Source: Macrostomum lignano (taxonomy: Eukaryota). Taken from it: a DNA stretch of 64,000 nt. The stretch covers positions 434,001 through 498,000 of the forward strand of contig NIVC01000082.1 in NCBI GenBank assembly GCA_002269645.1, given 5' to 3'. The position numbers were made by a program, and so were the translations under genes. Below, one piece after another: positions 35,378 through 46,099 of this stretch; the first letter of the stretch is position 1, and each line of letters starts with the position of its first letter. The notes under the pieces are model-generated. The model searched no databases. It was not told where the DNA came from and saw nothing but the letters and a program-made list of their open reading frames with translations.

Positions 35378-36723
35378 CGAGGTGTATTCAAAAAGTTCTT
35401 TTCGGTCCTTTGGCATTTATTTTTAAAAAGCCTTGTAAACAGAATTTTAGCGATTTCACCAAGTTATGTCTATGGCCTAAACGTTCCTAGGGTTTTAAGT
35501 CTCAGTTTGCAACTATGTTAGAGCAGCGAACATTTCTATCAGCTACCACTCAATTTCTTGGCCATGGCTGAATCATTTTCAAAGCAAGACGTTCGAAGCT
35601 TGATGAAGTTTCAGTTTCTGCAAGGAAAAAAGCCACCGGATATGTTTAGGGAGCTTCAGCAAGTGCTTGGCAAATGTGCACCAACTGAGCAGACAGTTCG
35701 AAAATGGTACCGGCTGTTCGCTGAGGGAAGAGAGAGCGTTGAGGACAATGATCGCTCTGGAAGGCCGATGACTGCAACCAACGAGACTGTTGTGAAGAAA
35801 GTGCAAGAGCTCCTGGATGATGATCGGCGACGGACTTGCGAAGAATTGGCAGAAGACGTTGGTGTGTCAGTAGGAAGCGTCCACACCATTCTGACGGAGC
35901 GTCTTCACCTGCAGAAAAAGTTTTGCAAGTGGGTGCCACACCTGCTGACAGGTGAGCAAAAGATGCAGCGAACTGTGGCTTCAAGCAGCCACCTGCGTCG
36001 GTTCCATCGAGAAGGGGAGGATTTTCTATCAAGAATTGTAGCTGGAGACGAGACGTGGGTTTACAGCTGGGATCCTGAGACAAAGGCCCAGTCTGCCGAA
36101 TGGCTTCCAGCACATTCTCCAAGACCTCAGAAGGCCATCAGGAAGCAGGGCGCGATGAAGATCATGCACGTCATGTTTTTTGATTCCCAAGGAATCCTGC
36201 TGAACTGGGCAGTCCCACAAGGAACCACCGTCAATGGGGACTACTACAAGTGGATTCTGCAGGAGAAGCTGCGCCCAGCAATACGAAAGAAGCGCCCTGA
36301 TCTGCTGGAATCTGCCGTGATCCTGCTGCACGACAATGCGCCAGCACATCGCAAGCACAACGTCGTGGAACTCCTGAGCAAATGGGGATGGGAAGTGCTC
36401 CAACATCCAGCCTATTCGCCTGATTTGTCGCCGTGCGACTTCTTCTTATTTCCATCTGTGAAGAAGCACCTTCGGGGCATTCGATTCGACAGCGTCGAGC
36501 ACATTGAGGCTGCATGCAATCAAGCTGTTCGCCAAACGGACGCGAGTGGTGTGAGTTCCGGAATCAGAGGCCTGGTAAATCGCTGGCAGAAGTGCAAAGA
36601 CATTGGCGGTGAATATGTTGAGTGACCGAATCATGTTAAGCAATCTAACAGTGTTTTCATAGTTCCAGTTGTTTTGTGTTCAGTTTTGTAGGGCACCGAA
36701 AAGAACTTTTTGAATACACCTCG
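35378..36723 (+). mobile_element. Full-length mariner (DD34D) transposon, 1346 bp
   Basis: Perfect 29-bp TIRs (CGAGGTGTATTCAAAAAGTTCTTTTCGGT) and TA target duplications at 35376-35377 and 36724-36725. Confidence 0.97.
35564..36625 (+). CDS. Intact mariner transposase (353 aa)
   Basis: WVPHLL, GDETW, HDNAPAH and YSPDLSPCD motifs; 34 residues between the second and third Asp; no stops. Confidence 0.97.
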   Translation: MAESFSKQDVRSLMKFQFLQGKKPPDMFRELQQVLGKCAPTEQTVRKWYRLFAEGRESVEDNDRSGRPMTATNETVVKKVQELLDDDRRRTCEELAEDVGVSVGSVHTILTERLHLQKKFCKWVPHLLTGEQKMQRTVASSSHLRRFHREGEDFLSRIVAGDETWVYSWDPETKAQSAEWLPAHSPRPQKAIRKQGAMKIMHVMFFDSQGILLNWAVPQGTTVNGDYYKWILQEKLRPAIRKKRPDLLESAVILLHDNAPAHRKHNVVELLSKWGWEVLQHPAYSPDLSPCDFFLFPSVKKHLRGIRFDSVEHIEAACNQAVRQTDASGVSSGIRGLVNRWQKCKDIGGEYVE

Positions 36724-39700
36724 TAATTATTGTTCAAACACTCCACCTGCGGCATCTCCTTGGTGAGGTGAATGTCCATCAGCGACACAGACTTCGAGCC
36801 CGCTCCGAACGTGTAGAAAGACAGGCGGCTGTACTGGCTGTCCGGTCGGAACTTGTACCCAGAGTAGACAGTGCCGATCTCGCTGTTCGAGCCCGCCTTA
36901 CCGAACTGCATTAGAACTGATCCATTAGCCTGGTTCACACACAAGAAGTAGGACTGGTATAAGTTCTTGTCTCCAAGTGTCCCCATTCCCTTTTGATAGT
37001 CTCTCTTTTGCGGCTTCATTGCTTTGTAGAATATCACTCCATCCATATTGATCTGCAGGTAGTACCATTTGTGTGGTCTCTTGGTATGGACGCGAATATA
37101 ACAAAGATGTCTCCAGCAGTCGCAGCCGTAAAGTAAAGGCAGTTTTCTTCCCTATCAGGGTCCAGCCTATGAGAGTTCAACCACCGAACGTTGCATGGAA
37201 TTGACGCCGCAGCAGTGGAGTTTGCGCCTTTTTGCCCTTCTATCCAAGAAGCCCTAGCAACCGTGGTACCCTCTATCCAGTCTGGAAGGTTTGGGTTGCG
37301 GCGCTTTGATGCAATAAAGTCCAGCGGATCGATATGGAAGAAGCCTGTCTCCTCCTCAAATGTGAGGATGATGCTCCAGATACAGATCTTAGTCTCAGCT
37401 GGCTTGAAGCCTTCGAGCTGACAGCCTTCGTACAAGTGTGCATGATGGTGCCCTGGCTCGGTCGCAAACCACCTGTCTTTTAGATACGTCATCACATACT
37501 TGGCTTGCGATTTCAACAAGTTCGGAATATCCTGGGGCAGATCAAAGGAAATTAAAAACGGGGCTTTCTTAAGCTGCAGAAACGTCAGTGTGTTGTTATT
37601 TGAGTTAAACACGTCGATCTTGGCCAGTGTAGAGCTCTCACAACCGGGTTGCCCTGCTTTCAACTCGTGGGAGGAGGTTGGGAAAGGACCTTCCGTCATG
37701 TACGCAGCTACGGCTTTCTCCAGTGAGAGTCTTCGTCTCTTTAGAGCGTTCTTAAAGTCTTCTTGGTTCTTGTATTTGCAGTAAATTTTAACCAGTTTAC
37801 TTTTTGTCTTATTGTTAGCAAAGTAAGTCTCCTCATCGAGGTAGTATAGCGACGACGAGTTTTGGGCTCCGTCAAAATATTCACTTTGCTTCCCGCACTT
37901 CCAATACAGCCAAAGTCGCGGTTTCCAGCCGGAAACAGGTCGCCCATGTTCATGTCGAACAGCTGATCGATGGGCTTCAGCTTGAACTCGAACGGCTTCA
38001 CATAGTCATTGATGGAGGCGATCCACCTGTGGTACAGCTCCTTGAATGCCGGAGTGTAAAAGTCAACGAGGGCTTCTGCGATCTCCGGAGTTCCTCCCTG
38101 AGCCTCCACGGTGGTCTGAGTGAACTCAGAGTCGCTAGAACTGTGAGACTCTTGATTACGTTCATTTCTTGTGCTCCTGTGCTGGCTCTCTGACTTTGCA
38201 CTGCTCAATTTTATTGTAGTCGGTTTCTTTCCGCCAAGACCCAAAAAGCCTGTCCGAGTGGTTTTCTGAGAATATTTTGACTGCAGTGAAGAAAACATTG
38301 ACTGGAACTCCGTCTCAGCCAGACTAGCAAACTCTTCCGACGACGCAAACTTGTTTGTCTTTGCTCTCTTTGTGATTTTTAGCTGACCGCCGAACTTTCC
38401 AGACCGGATAAAATGCGTGCCCCAGCGTACTGGTAGCAGAAAGTCTTGAAATTTGCTGGCAGCGCCCACTGAAAAGTAGGACTCTGGAAGACTCATGTAG
38501 TCTCTGAGCGCAGCGAAGTTGATGTTATTAGGCTTAATATCATCCAGTGAAATTTTGTACATGATTACACTTACATACATAATGGCAAAGAAATCGTCAG
38601 TAGAACCTTGTTTTCTTGCAGCCTGGGAATACTGTGAATTTTTTTAGGCTGATTGACTGCTAGTGGTTGATGACGAGCTGCCAGAGCTGTCTCCTGATCC
38701 AGATGAAAGTGAGCCACCCACCGCGCCAAGGCCGCTCCCGCAGGGCCACCCGCTATGGCTCCAATAGCACCACCGACGATTCCACCTATCGCACCGAGAT
38801 TGAACCCAGACGCCTTAGAAGTGCCGTGCTGGCGGGCCTCGCTCAAGAACAAATTTCGCTGCTCTGACAGACCGGCTTTGTCCCTGATGTATCTCATGTA
38901 CTCGTCCGCAGACTGGAAGGACTTGGTCTCAGCTGTTGTCTCGAAGATGCCAAACACGTTCATGGTGTCAGGCACGTCCTTGTCCAGGAAGGTGGCCATG
39001 CTGGAGCAGTAGCGCTGCATCAGACTGGCTTTACGGCTCTCGATCTTGTAGAATCCTCTTCCGTCGAAGCCGACGCCGATGTACGCGGCAGCGTCCAGGA
39101 GGTTCAAGCAGATTGTATTGCCCTTGCCAGGCACCTTGTTGGAGTAGCACTTGCTAGTCTTGGGATAGGATGCACCTGTGCACCCATTCATCAACACCGG
39201 ACCAACTCCCATCGGATAAACATATGTAGAGTGTTCTACCCCCCGTAAAAAAGGAAAAAGAAGTTAATCGTAGGAGGCTACTGTAAGTAAGTACACGCAT
39301 GCGCACTGGATTTTTGATTGAATCACGCTACCAGAAAAAGAGGTTACCAAGAAAAGACGCAATGAGCCATTTTCCCCTTTTAGCGCAACAACGTGAATTG
39401 TAATGATGCTATTTTGGACCGAAAATGCGCCTATAAATACAAGTGGTCCGAAGCGGACCAGGAGCCAACTCCCGACGAGAGGAGAAGCTCCGAAGAGGAA
39501 GCCTTAGGAGGACTTCCTGATCACCAAGTCAATCGAGACTCGGTCGAGTTCTTGCGGTAAGCCTTCCTTATTTGCGCCCGTTGTGTTAGAGACGTCTCGC
39601 TCAAGTCTAGTGTGACTTGAGTTTATTGAGTCTGTTGAGACTCTTGAGTCTGTTTAGACTCCACTGGTTGCAGTCTCCAGAAGGACTGCCCCTGATAGAT

Positions 39701-41780
39701 CTTAGAAGACTATCAGTGGTTTCCGGAGCCATACCCAGAGTGTATCGAGGCACTGCTAGAAGGAGGAGGCTTAATTCAAACCGCAGTTTGGCGCAGGGAT
39801 CCCATTGTTAATTTGGAAGCTTCCTATTGGTCCGAGGGACAGAATCCGGCCGGAACTATTTCTAAGAAGAAAAGAAGAATCGGACCCGACCTACGAACAA
39901 CAATCAGAAGTGACTACACGAGACCAACTGAGAGACTACAAACGAGATCTACACGTGGACACGCAGTCCGTGGACACAGCGGGGAGGCGAGGGTCGCCCA
40001 TTCCGCTAGCCCCTGAAGGCCCGCCGACAGGCAGAGGCGTGGGGCCGGTCAGGTAGGTCCGCTGGTCCGTCCTGCAGCGTGATCTTCTGTGGGGAAGAAA
40101 AAGTTGCTCGTCTTGTCACCCGAAGGAACTGGATGAGCCGTGGGATTTCTGTCGGGCTGGCAGCAGACCTCGTAATGGACGAGTTTGGCCCGAAATAGCC
40201 GGTCTCTGCATGGTAAAGAAAGGGCAGTGACAAACAAAGTACTGAGCATCTTCATTGTCGTACTCGCAAAAGGGTAAAAGTTCACTCTCGAGATAGCCTC
40301 GGAGGAAGCAGTGTCTGACCAGTAAAGTTTATGGCAAGGGCTCGAATATCCTGCCGATTTTGGTTCAGAGGGACGTTCTGAGCCAAGGACAACAACTTGT
40401 CCTTGTTCTGAGCTCGCGAGAGAGGCACGGAACGGCGGCACGAGATTGCCGGAAGTTTTTGGGTGCCCGGCCATCCGTTCTTGTGGAAGGAATCAGCCTG
40501 CAGTCATCAATCAGACGATTGATGACCGTCGAAGGGATAAGGACCACGGGAACAGGGCCAGAGAAAGAGCCAGAGCCGCCCCTCTTGTTGAGGGTGTCTG
40601 CCAGCTCGTTCCCCCGGAACCCTGAGCCCTGGGATCCACTTGAGTCTGACAGTATTGCTACTGGCCGGGAGGTTGAGGAGGAGGGAGAAATTGAAACGGA
40701 AACTGACGATATATATATATAAATGAAACATATTAATTCCCGTGCGTGAGGCCTAGGTTGGCCAACACATGGACCACGCGATGGACAGACAGCGAAAATG
40801 ACGGAAACAAATGCAAAAATGATTATAACAACGGATGGAATTTACACAAAACCAAAACTGGGTAGATAATTTGACAACAAGTGGACCAAGCTCGGGGCCA
40901 ACAAAGGGGAGTGAGGTCATAGGCCGGACCTCGGTTGGCCGCACAAGTGGGAATTCAGAAAAATGGCACAAATTTAATTGTTAAAAATTAATAGAAAATT
41001 TGCAATAATAATTAACCGTGGCAACCCTACTGCCACAGACGCAAGCGCTTTGTTTTTAAATAACTACCTACTACTTGAAATAAGTAATGTGAGAGTGAAT
41101 ACATACATGTACAAGCCCTGATGCTGACTGAATTTTATTTCTTACTTAGTGAATTAAAAGCCCAAAGAACAAGAAAAAATTATTTGATTTAACTTCCCAC
41201 TGCCTCCTATTTATACTAAAATTTCCTTCATTTTTAAACAAAATAACAGTATATAGAATATACAGAATATGCAAAAATTTTCTAATATTCATACAGTATA
41301 ACAAAATGGCAGAATTTTAAAACAGTACTTATTTTGTAGCCGCGTATCCGGAGTTCGAATTCTCGCCAACTATTGCAGACTTTATTAGTCGAAGAAACCT
41401 GATTTACTAGCTCGCCAGCTTGCTTGAATTTATAGACTGACCGCGATGGGGGAGAACAGGGTGAAAAAAACGCAGCTTAGTAAATCCAAACCAATCGGAT
41501 TTCGCCGACAGGGTAGGCACTAAGCACTCTATTGGTTAGGGTTCGTTATTCACGCGTTTACAGCCAATCAGAAACGAAAAGAAATTTCGCGAAAGACTAT
41601 ACGCAGCCGGGTGGGGTTGACGCAGGGCCGGAGAAAGAAAAAGAAAATAATAGAAAATAATAGAAGTGCACGCGAACTCAAATTGAGCACTATTACAATT
41701 TATAGAAACCTGATTTACTAAGAACAAAGCATATTTAATTTATGCTCTGCAGAAATTATGCTCTGCTCGCTTAATAAATA

Positions 41781-42085
41781 GTAATAAAATGAATGAGAGA
41801 ACAAACATTAACTTGTTTTTATTTACTTTAATTTAATTGCCAATGCATTTCGACCCTTGTAGGTCATTGTCAGGTCAGTAATAAAATTGAAAACTTTAAT
41901 AAACAGTTGAATAAATATTCCTGTAATAAGTTGATTACATAATATAAGTTAATATAGTTTTCAATTGAAAAATGTTCTAATAAATGGTGTAATAGCATAC
42001 ACTCCAAGCTAAAACACGCTGAGTTGGTAGCTGTCCCCCTATAGCTAGCTGGCAGTTTAGGCTTGGGTTCTGATCTTTGATGTGC
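41781..42085 (-). mobile_element. Penelope-like element 3' end / pseudo-LTR remnant
   Basis: Reverse complement of 45240-45570 with moderate divergence; carries a hammerhead-like core. Confidence 0.6.
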
Positions 42086-42375
42086 ATAGTCATAGGCCTA
42101 GTCTCTAAAAAAATTGGAAAAACTAAGTGACAGTTACAGTTACACTAGGGTCAAGGAGCACTGGACCAAAAGATCTACTATATAGGAGCACCTTCTCATA
42201 TACAACTCATGCTTTAACAGCAAACTGATTGATTTATACTCAGCAACAGTCAAAAGTTCCACCCTCCAAGCAAAATGATTTTCTTTAGTATTGCAAGTGT
42301 AGCAACAAAATTACTACTCGCGTGTAAAGCTTAATCGCCACTTGGGCTGTTTTGGGTCTGCTAGCTAAATGGTCC

Positions 42376-42640
42376 CAAGATGACACGCCGCCATACCAAG
42401 CCAATGCTGTTAGTCAACTGAAAGAACAGCTACAGCCACGCACTCTGTGCTTGCCTTCCTGATCCCTTGACATGAATCCCATTGAGCATGTTTGGGACTT
42501 CCTAAAATTCTGCATTCGAAACAAAAATTCACTAAAGCAGAATGTTGCGGAGCTGTGTCATGCCATGATGCCCTTGAAAATGCAATTGGCAGCAGCTTCT
42601 CTAGGACTTTTTGTGGCCCCCTCATCCTGGGGATGCACCG
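42376..42640 (+). mobile_element. Decayed Tc1-like (DD34E) transposase fragment
   Basis: Reads QDDTPPYQA...PS*SLDMNPIEHVWDFLK; the D-34-E spacing is preserved and there is an internal stop. Confidence 0.75.
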
Positions 42641-42726
42641 CAGAGTTGCCACACTTCTGCGTGAGAGGGGATCCTACACACGTTATAAAGCATCGCGATT
42701 CAAGCTAAATTTTGTAAAAAAATAGA

Positions 42727-43273
42727 CAGTGCTTATCCCCATGGTACCGCGCGTAGGAATAATTTCTGTATTATTCCAATGGTACCGTGGGAATAATTTT
42801 CTGCTTATCCGTACCCACATGGCACACTGACGAGATAGCTGCCCTATCTTCTACATATGCCGTGGAAATACTTTTCTGCTTATCCGCACAGCACACCAAC
42901 AAGATAGCTGGGCCATATCTTCTACATATATATGCTAGTACGTGAATAGTTTATAGCTTTTTGAAAGGGAATTTGAACTGAGGAGATACTAAGAAGCTGT
43001 TGATCTGGATCAACACCACGACCAGCGTTTTTTTTGCATAAAAAGGCCAATAAATAATCTTTACCTCTATTAAACAAATTGTCAAGCAAAGTTATGTTGT
43101 TATACTGCACTTGAACCGTAATACTAAACTAAATTATTCCCACGGCATATGTAGAAAATGGGGCAGCTAGCCTATCTCGTCAGTGTGCCGTGCGGATAAG
43201 CAGAAAATTATTCCCACGGTACCGTTGGAATAATACAGAAATTATTCCTACGGTACCGTGGGGATAAGCACTG
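42727..43273. mobile_element. 547-bp MITE/foldback with CAGTG termini and internally repeated inverted arms
   Basis: CAGTGCTTATCCCCA ... TGGGGATAAGCACTG; subterminal repeats are mirrored; no TSD visible. Confidence 0.75.
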
Positions 43274-43354
43274 CCAAAAAGAAAAGAAAATTGTTGATTT
43301 TGTGCTACTGACGTTTTTTATTGATTCAACTTTCCCTTCCTCGCGGCAGCCAAG

Positions 43355-44045
43355 GACGACTTAAGTAGAAGGACGGGAAACCTCGTTTCTTAGAAAAGTT
43401 TTGAAGGCACTTTTTCCCGAAAAAATACACTACGGAGATAGGAAGTTTTCATTTTTTCAGCACAAAAATTGTTATTGCGTTTGATAGGAGGCAGATCCAG
43501 TGTTCATCTTTTGATATGTTGTGCCTTTTTTATTGCTCTATCGATATTTATAAAGCTTTTCGTTCAGAAAATTAGGATTCTATGTTAATTTTTTATTCCA
43601 CGTATATTTTCGCGTGTCTTGTGCTTGAAATACATTAGAATGCCACGGCTCGGCTCTTTAGCTTCGTGAGTCTATTTTATCATTCTTACCCGACTGTGTA
43701 GCAAATATTTGTAACAGAGATGATAAAATAGGTTCATAAAACCAAATATTGGAGCTGTGTCATGCATTTTTGTGATTTTTAGATACAGGAAATATACGTA
43801 GAATAAAAAATTAACATAGAATCCTAATTTTCTGAACGAAAAGCTTTATAAATATCGATAGAGCAATAAAAAAGGCACAACATATCAAAAGATGAACACT
43901 GGATCTGCCTCCTATCAAACGCAATAACAATTTTTTGTGCTGAAAAAATGAAAACTTCCTATCTCCGTAGTGTATTTTTTCGGGAAAAAGTGCCTTCAAA
44001 ACTTTTCTAAGAAACGAGGTTTCCCGTCCTTCTACTTAAGTCGTC
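43355..44045. mobile_element. Foldback element with about 255-bp near-perfect inverted arms and a spacer of about 180 bp
   Basis: GACGACTTAAGTAGAAGGACGGGAAA ... TTTCCCGTCCTTCTACTTAAGTCGTC; the arms match almost base for base. Confidence 0.9.
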
Positions 44046-45180
44046 TGTGGCAGGCGGATGCCACTATTGATTTGAAGTTTGAAACGGTGACAAATTTTGC
44101 CTGTCGGAACTGCCCGTGTGGTGTTCCCTTGTTTGCCCTCCAGAGTCTGGATTTGCGTCCATTGCAATTTCCATTATATTTTCCACGCGGTGCGCGTTCG
44201 TTCCCAGGTGCTGATTCGTTTGTTGGAATGCGCTTCCCACGGTTTAATTTTGCTCGATCCAGCGCTGGTGCAGTGCGCATCCATTGCTTAGTCCCGTCAC
44301 TGCTCCAGCGGGAGAGCTACTTTTTTCTTTTATATAAACCCTACCTTTTGGTGCGATAATGTATGTGTTTTTCGTGTTCTTGTGTTTTCCCCTCTGCTCG
44401 ACTCTGGCTCTGTTTTAGACATTTTCCTCGCGCATTTTCTCTCGTTTAACCAGTTATAATTATCCGGCGCCGCCGACGAATCACACTCGCTCGTAGTCCT
44501 TAATATTTTAATAATAATTAGTAAGCCTGCTCAATTCCCTCTTAAGGAACATTTAATAAACGATAAACCCCTTTTATTCATTAAACTATAAGCCATAGTA
44601 TTTATTTGAGTCATTTGCCCGTGGGACGTAAAACAACCAAGTTCTCATCTCAAAGATAGCTCTGGGACTTATCCGTTCCGTAATACGTAAATTACGGTGG
44701 TGGCAGCAACTACCCTACTGAAAGTAACAAACTCAGCTATTCGACGCATTATTTTACGGAGTCAGGAATCTCCGATTACAGTGTTTCATCGATTTGAACG
44801 ACCTCGCCGCTACACGACCGCTCCGCTACGATTACGACTACCCTCCCCCCGGAACTTGAGGACCACGGCTGTCGGAGTAAATCAGGAGAAGAATTTTGTT
44901 GAGATTCGTCTGCGCGATTTTTCCGGTTTTATTCGTGCGAACTCAACATTCGGCGGCAATTCAAACGAGGAATCCGCCCCACCTCACTGGTGTTAGTAAA
45001 TTCTCAAAACCGACCAATCTTCCGAGAGGAGGAAAAACTTCTCCACCCCCACCTCACGTCCTTGGCGGCAGCTTTGTTGCGTAACTTGAGGGTTGAATTG
45101 TGAGTAAGAAGTTGTCGCAATAGTTGAGAAAATTTTCGTCTCGCTTGGAGGGTAAAACTTTTGTCTTTTGCTGAGTATAT

Positions 45181-45570
45181 TTAAGACTATCAATTCCTAC
45201 TGCCATGAGCACACTTTGAACATCTTAGAGGCAATGTACATCAAAGATCAAAACCCAATTGGCCAAGCCTAAACTGCTAGCTAGCTATGGGGGGTGCCAG
45301 CCACCAACTTAGCATGTTTTAGCTTAGAGTATATGCTATTGCATTATGTGTTAGAACTTGTTTCAATTGAAAACTAGATATATTACTTTATACTGTGTAT
45401 TTAACTTATTAGCTACAGGTAGGCCTATATTTATTCAATTTTCTATTAAAATTTTCAGTTTCATTATTACCCTAATGATGACCCACAAGGGTTGAAATGC
45501 AATGGCAATTAAATTAAAATAAATAAAGACAAGTTAATGTTTGTTCTCTCATTTATTTTATTACTATAAT
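45181..45570 (+). mobile_element. Penelope-like element 3' end (GIY-YIG C-terminus followed by the pseudo-LTR)
   Basis: Reads KTINSYCHEHTLNILEAMYIKDQNPI, like the L.ILE..YI...P end of PLE GIY-YIG domains, followed by TGATGACC.ACAAGGGT.GAAA. Confidence 0.6.
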
Positions 45571-46099
45571 ATTATATTTGTTTGATTGGCTAGGTTGAAT
45601 AATAGTTATATATGCCATTTTTTAATTTGCACATTGTCACTATTTTATTAGTATTTTATAATTCATTTCAAAATGCTTAATAAATATTTTTATAATTGTG
45701 GGTTTTAAAGACTTTTTAAGACCTTTCTATCTATTTTTAATTTTGAATAATTTGTATATAATTGTGAAGTTTTTACACTTACAGAAACTTTTGTTGTTCA
45801 CATAAACTTATAGCAATATAGGCCCTAAAGGATAAAATGGTAATATTGAAAATTTATTAGATTTTTTATTTTTATAGATGCCAGCTAATATCCTAGTTTC
45901 TACTTTGGTATTCTAAGTTTAGATCTTGAAATAACATCCACTTTTTAAAAAAATATATGAATTTTCTGCTTCTACTTAATAATGATCCTAGTTTATACTT
46001 GTCATTTCAATCATTGCATTATTTTGTGATAGAACCTATTGTAAATATAAAGCCTATAATCTCTTTTCAGATTTGAGCTTTGGTATTTAATGCAGCAGC

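Larger units (their letters stand above)
33960..39212 (-). pseudogene. Disrupted multidomain MACPF (perforin-like) gene: MACPF domain, beta-sandwich region, furin-like and about 12 GCC2/ephrin-receptor-like Cys repeats, then a terminal beta domain
   Basis: MACPF signature WGTHFIRSGKFGG at 38386-38424. Frames join across -1 shifts at about 38727, 37844 and 37069, with an in-frame TAA at 38644-38646. Removing the mariner restores VECLNNN-YKLVDGHC. There is a 71-bp GT-AG intron at 34385-34455. A polypyrimidine tract upstream of 39212 suggests missing 5' exons. Confidence 0.85.

Noticed and set aside
35579-36643. Antisense ORFs within the mariner, and similar shadow ORFs in the LINE, GPCR and symplekin exons
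   Set aside because: They are shadow frames of real GC-rich coding sequence.
44697-44996. PBS-like TGGTGGCAGC followed by a 99-aa gag-like ORF
   Set aside because: Only a 10-nt match, with no defined LTR end and no recognisable gag motif.
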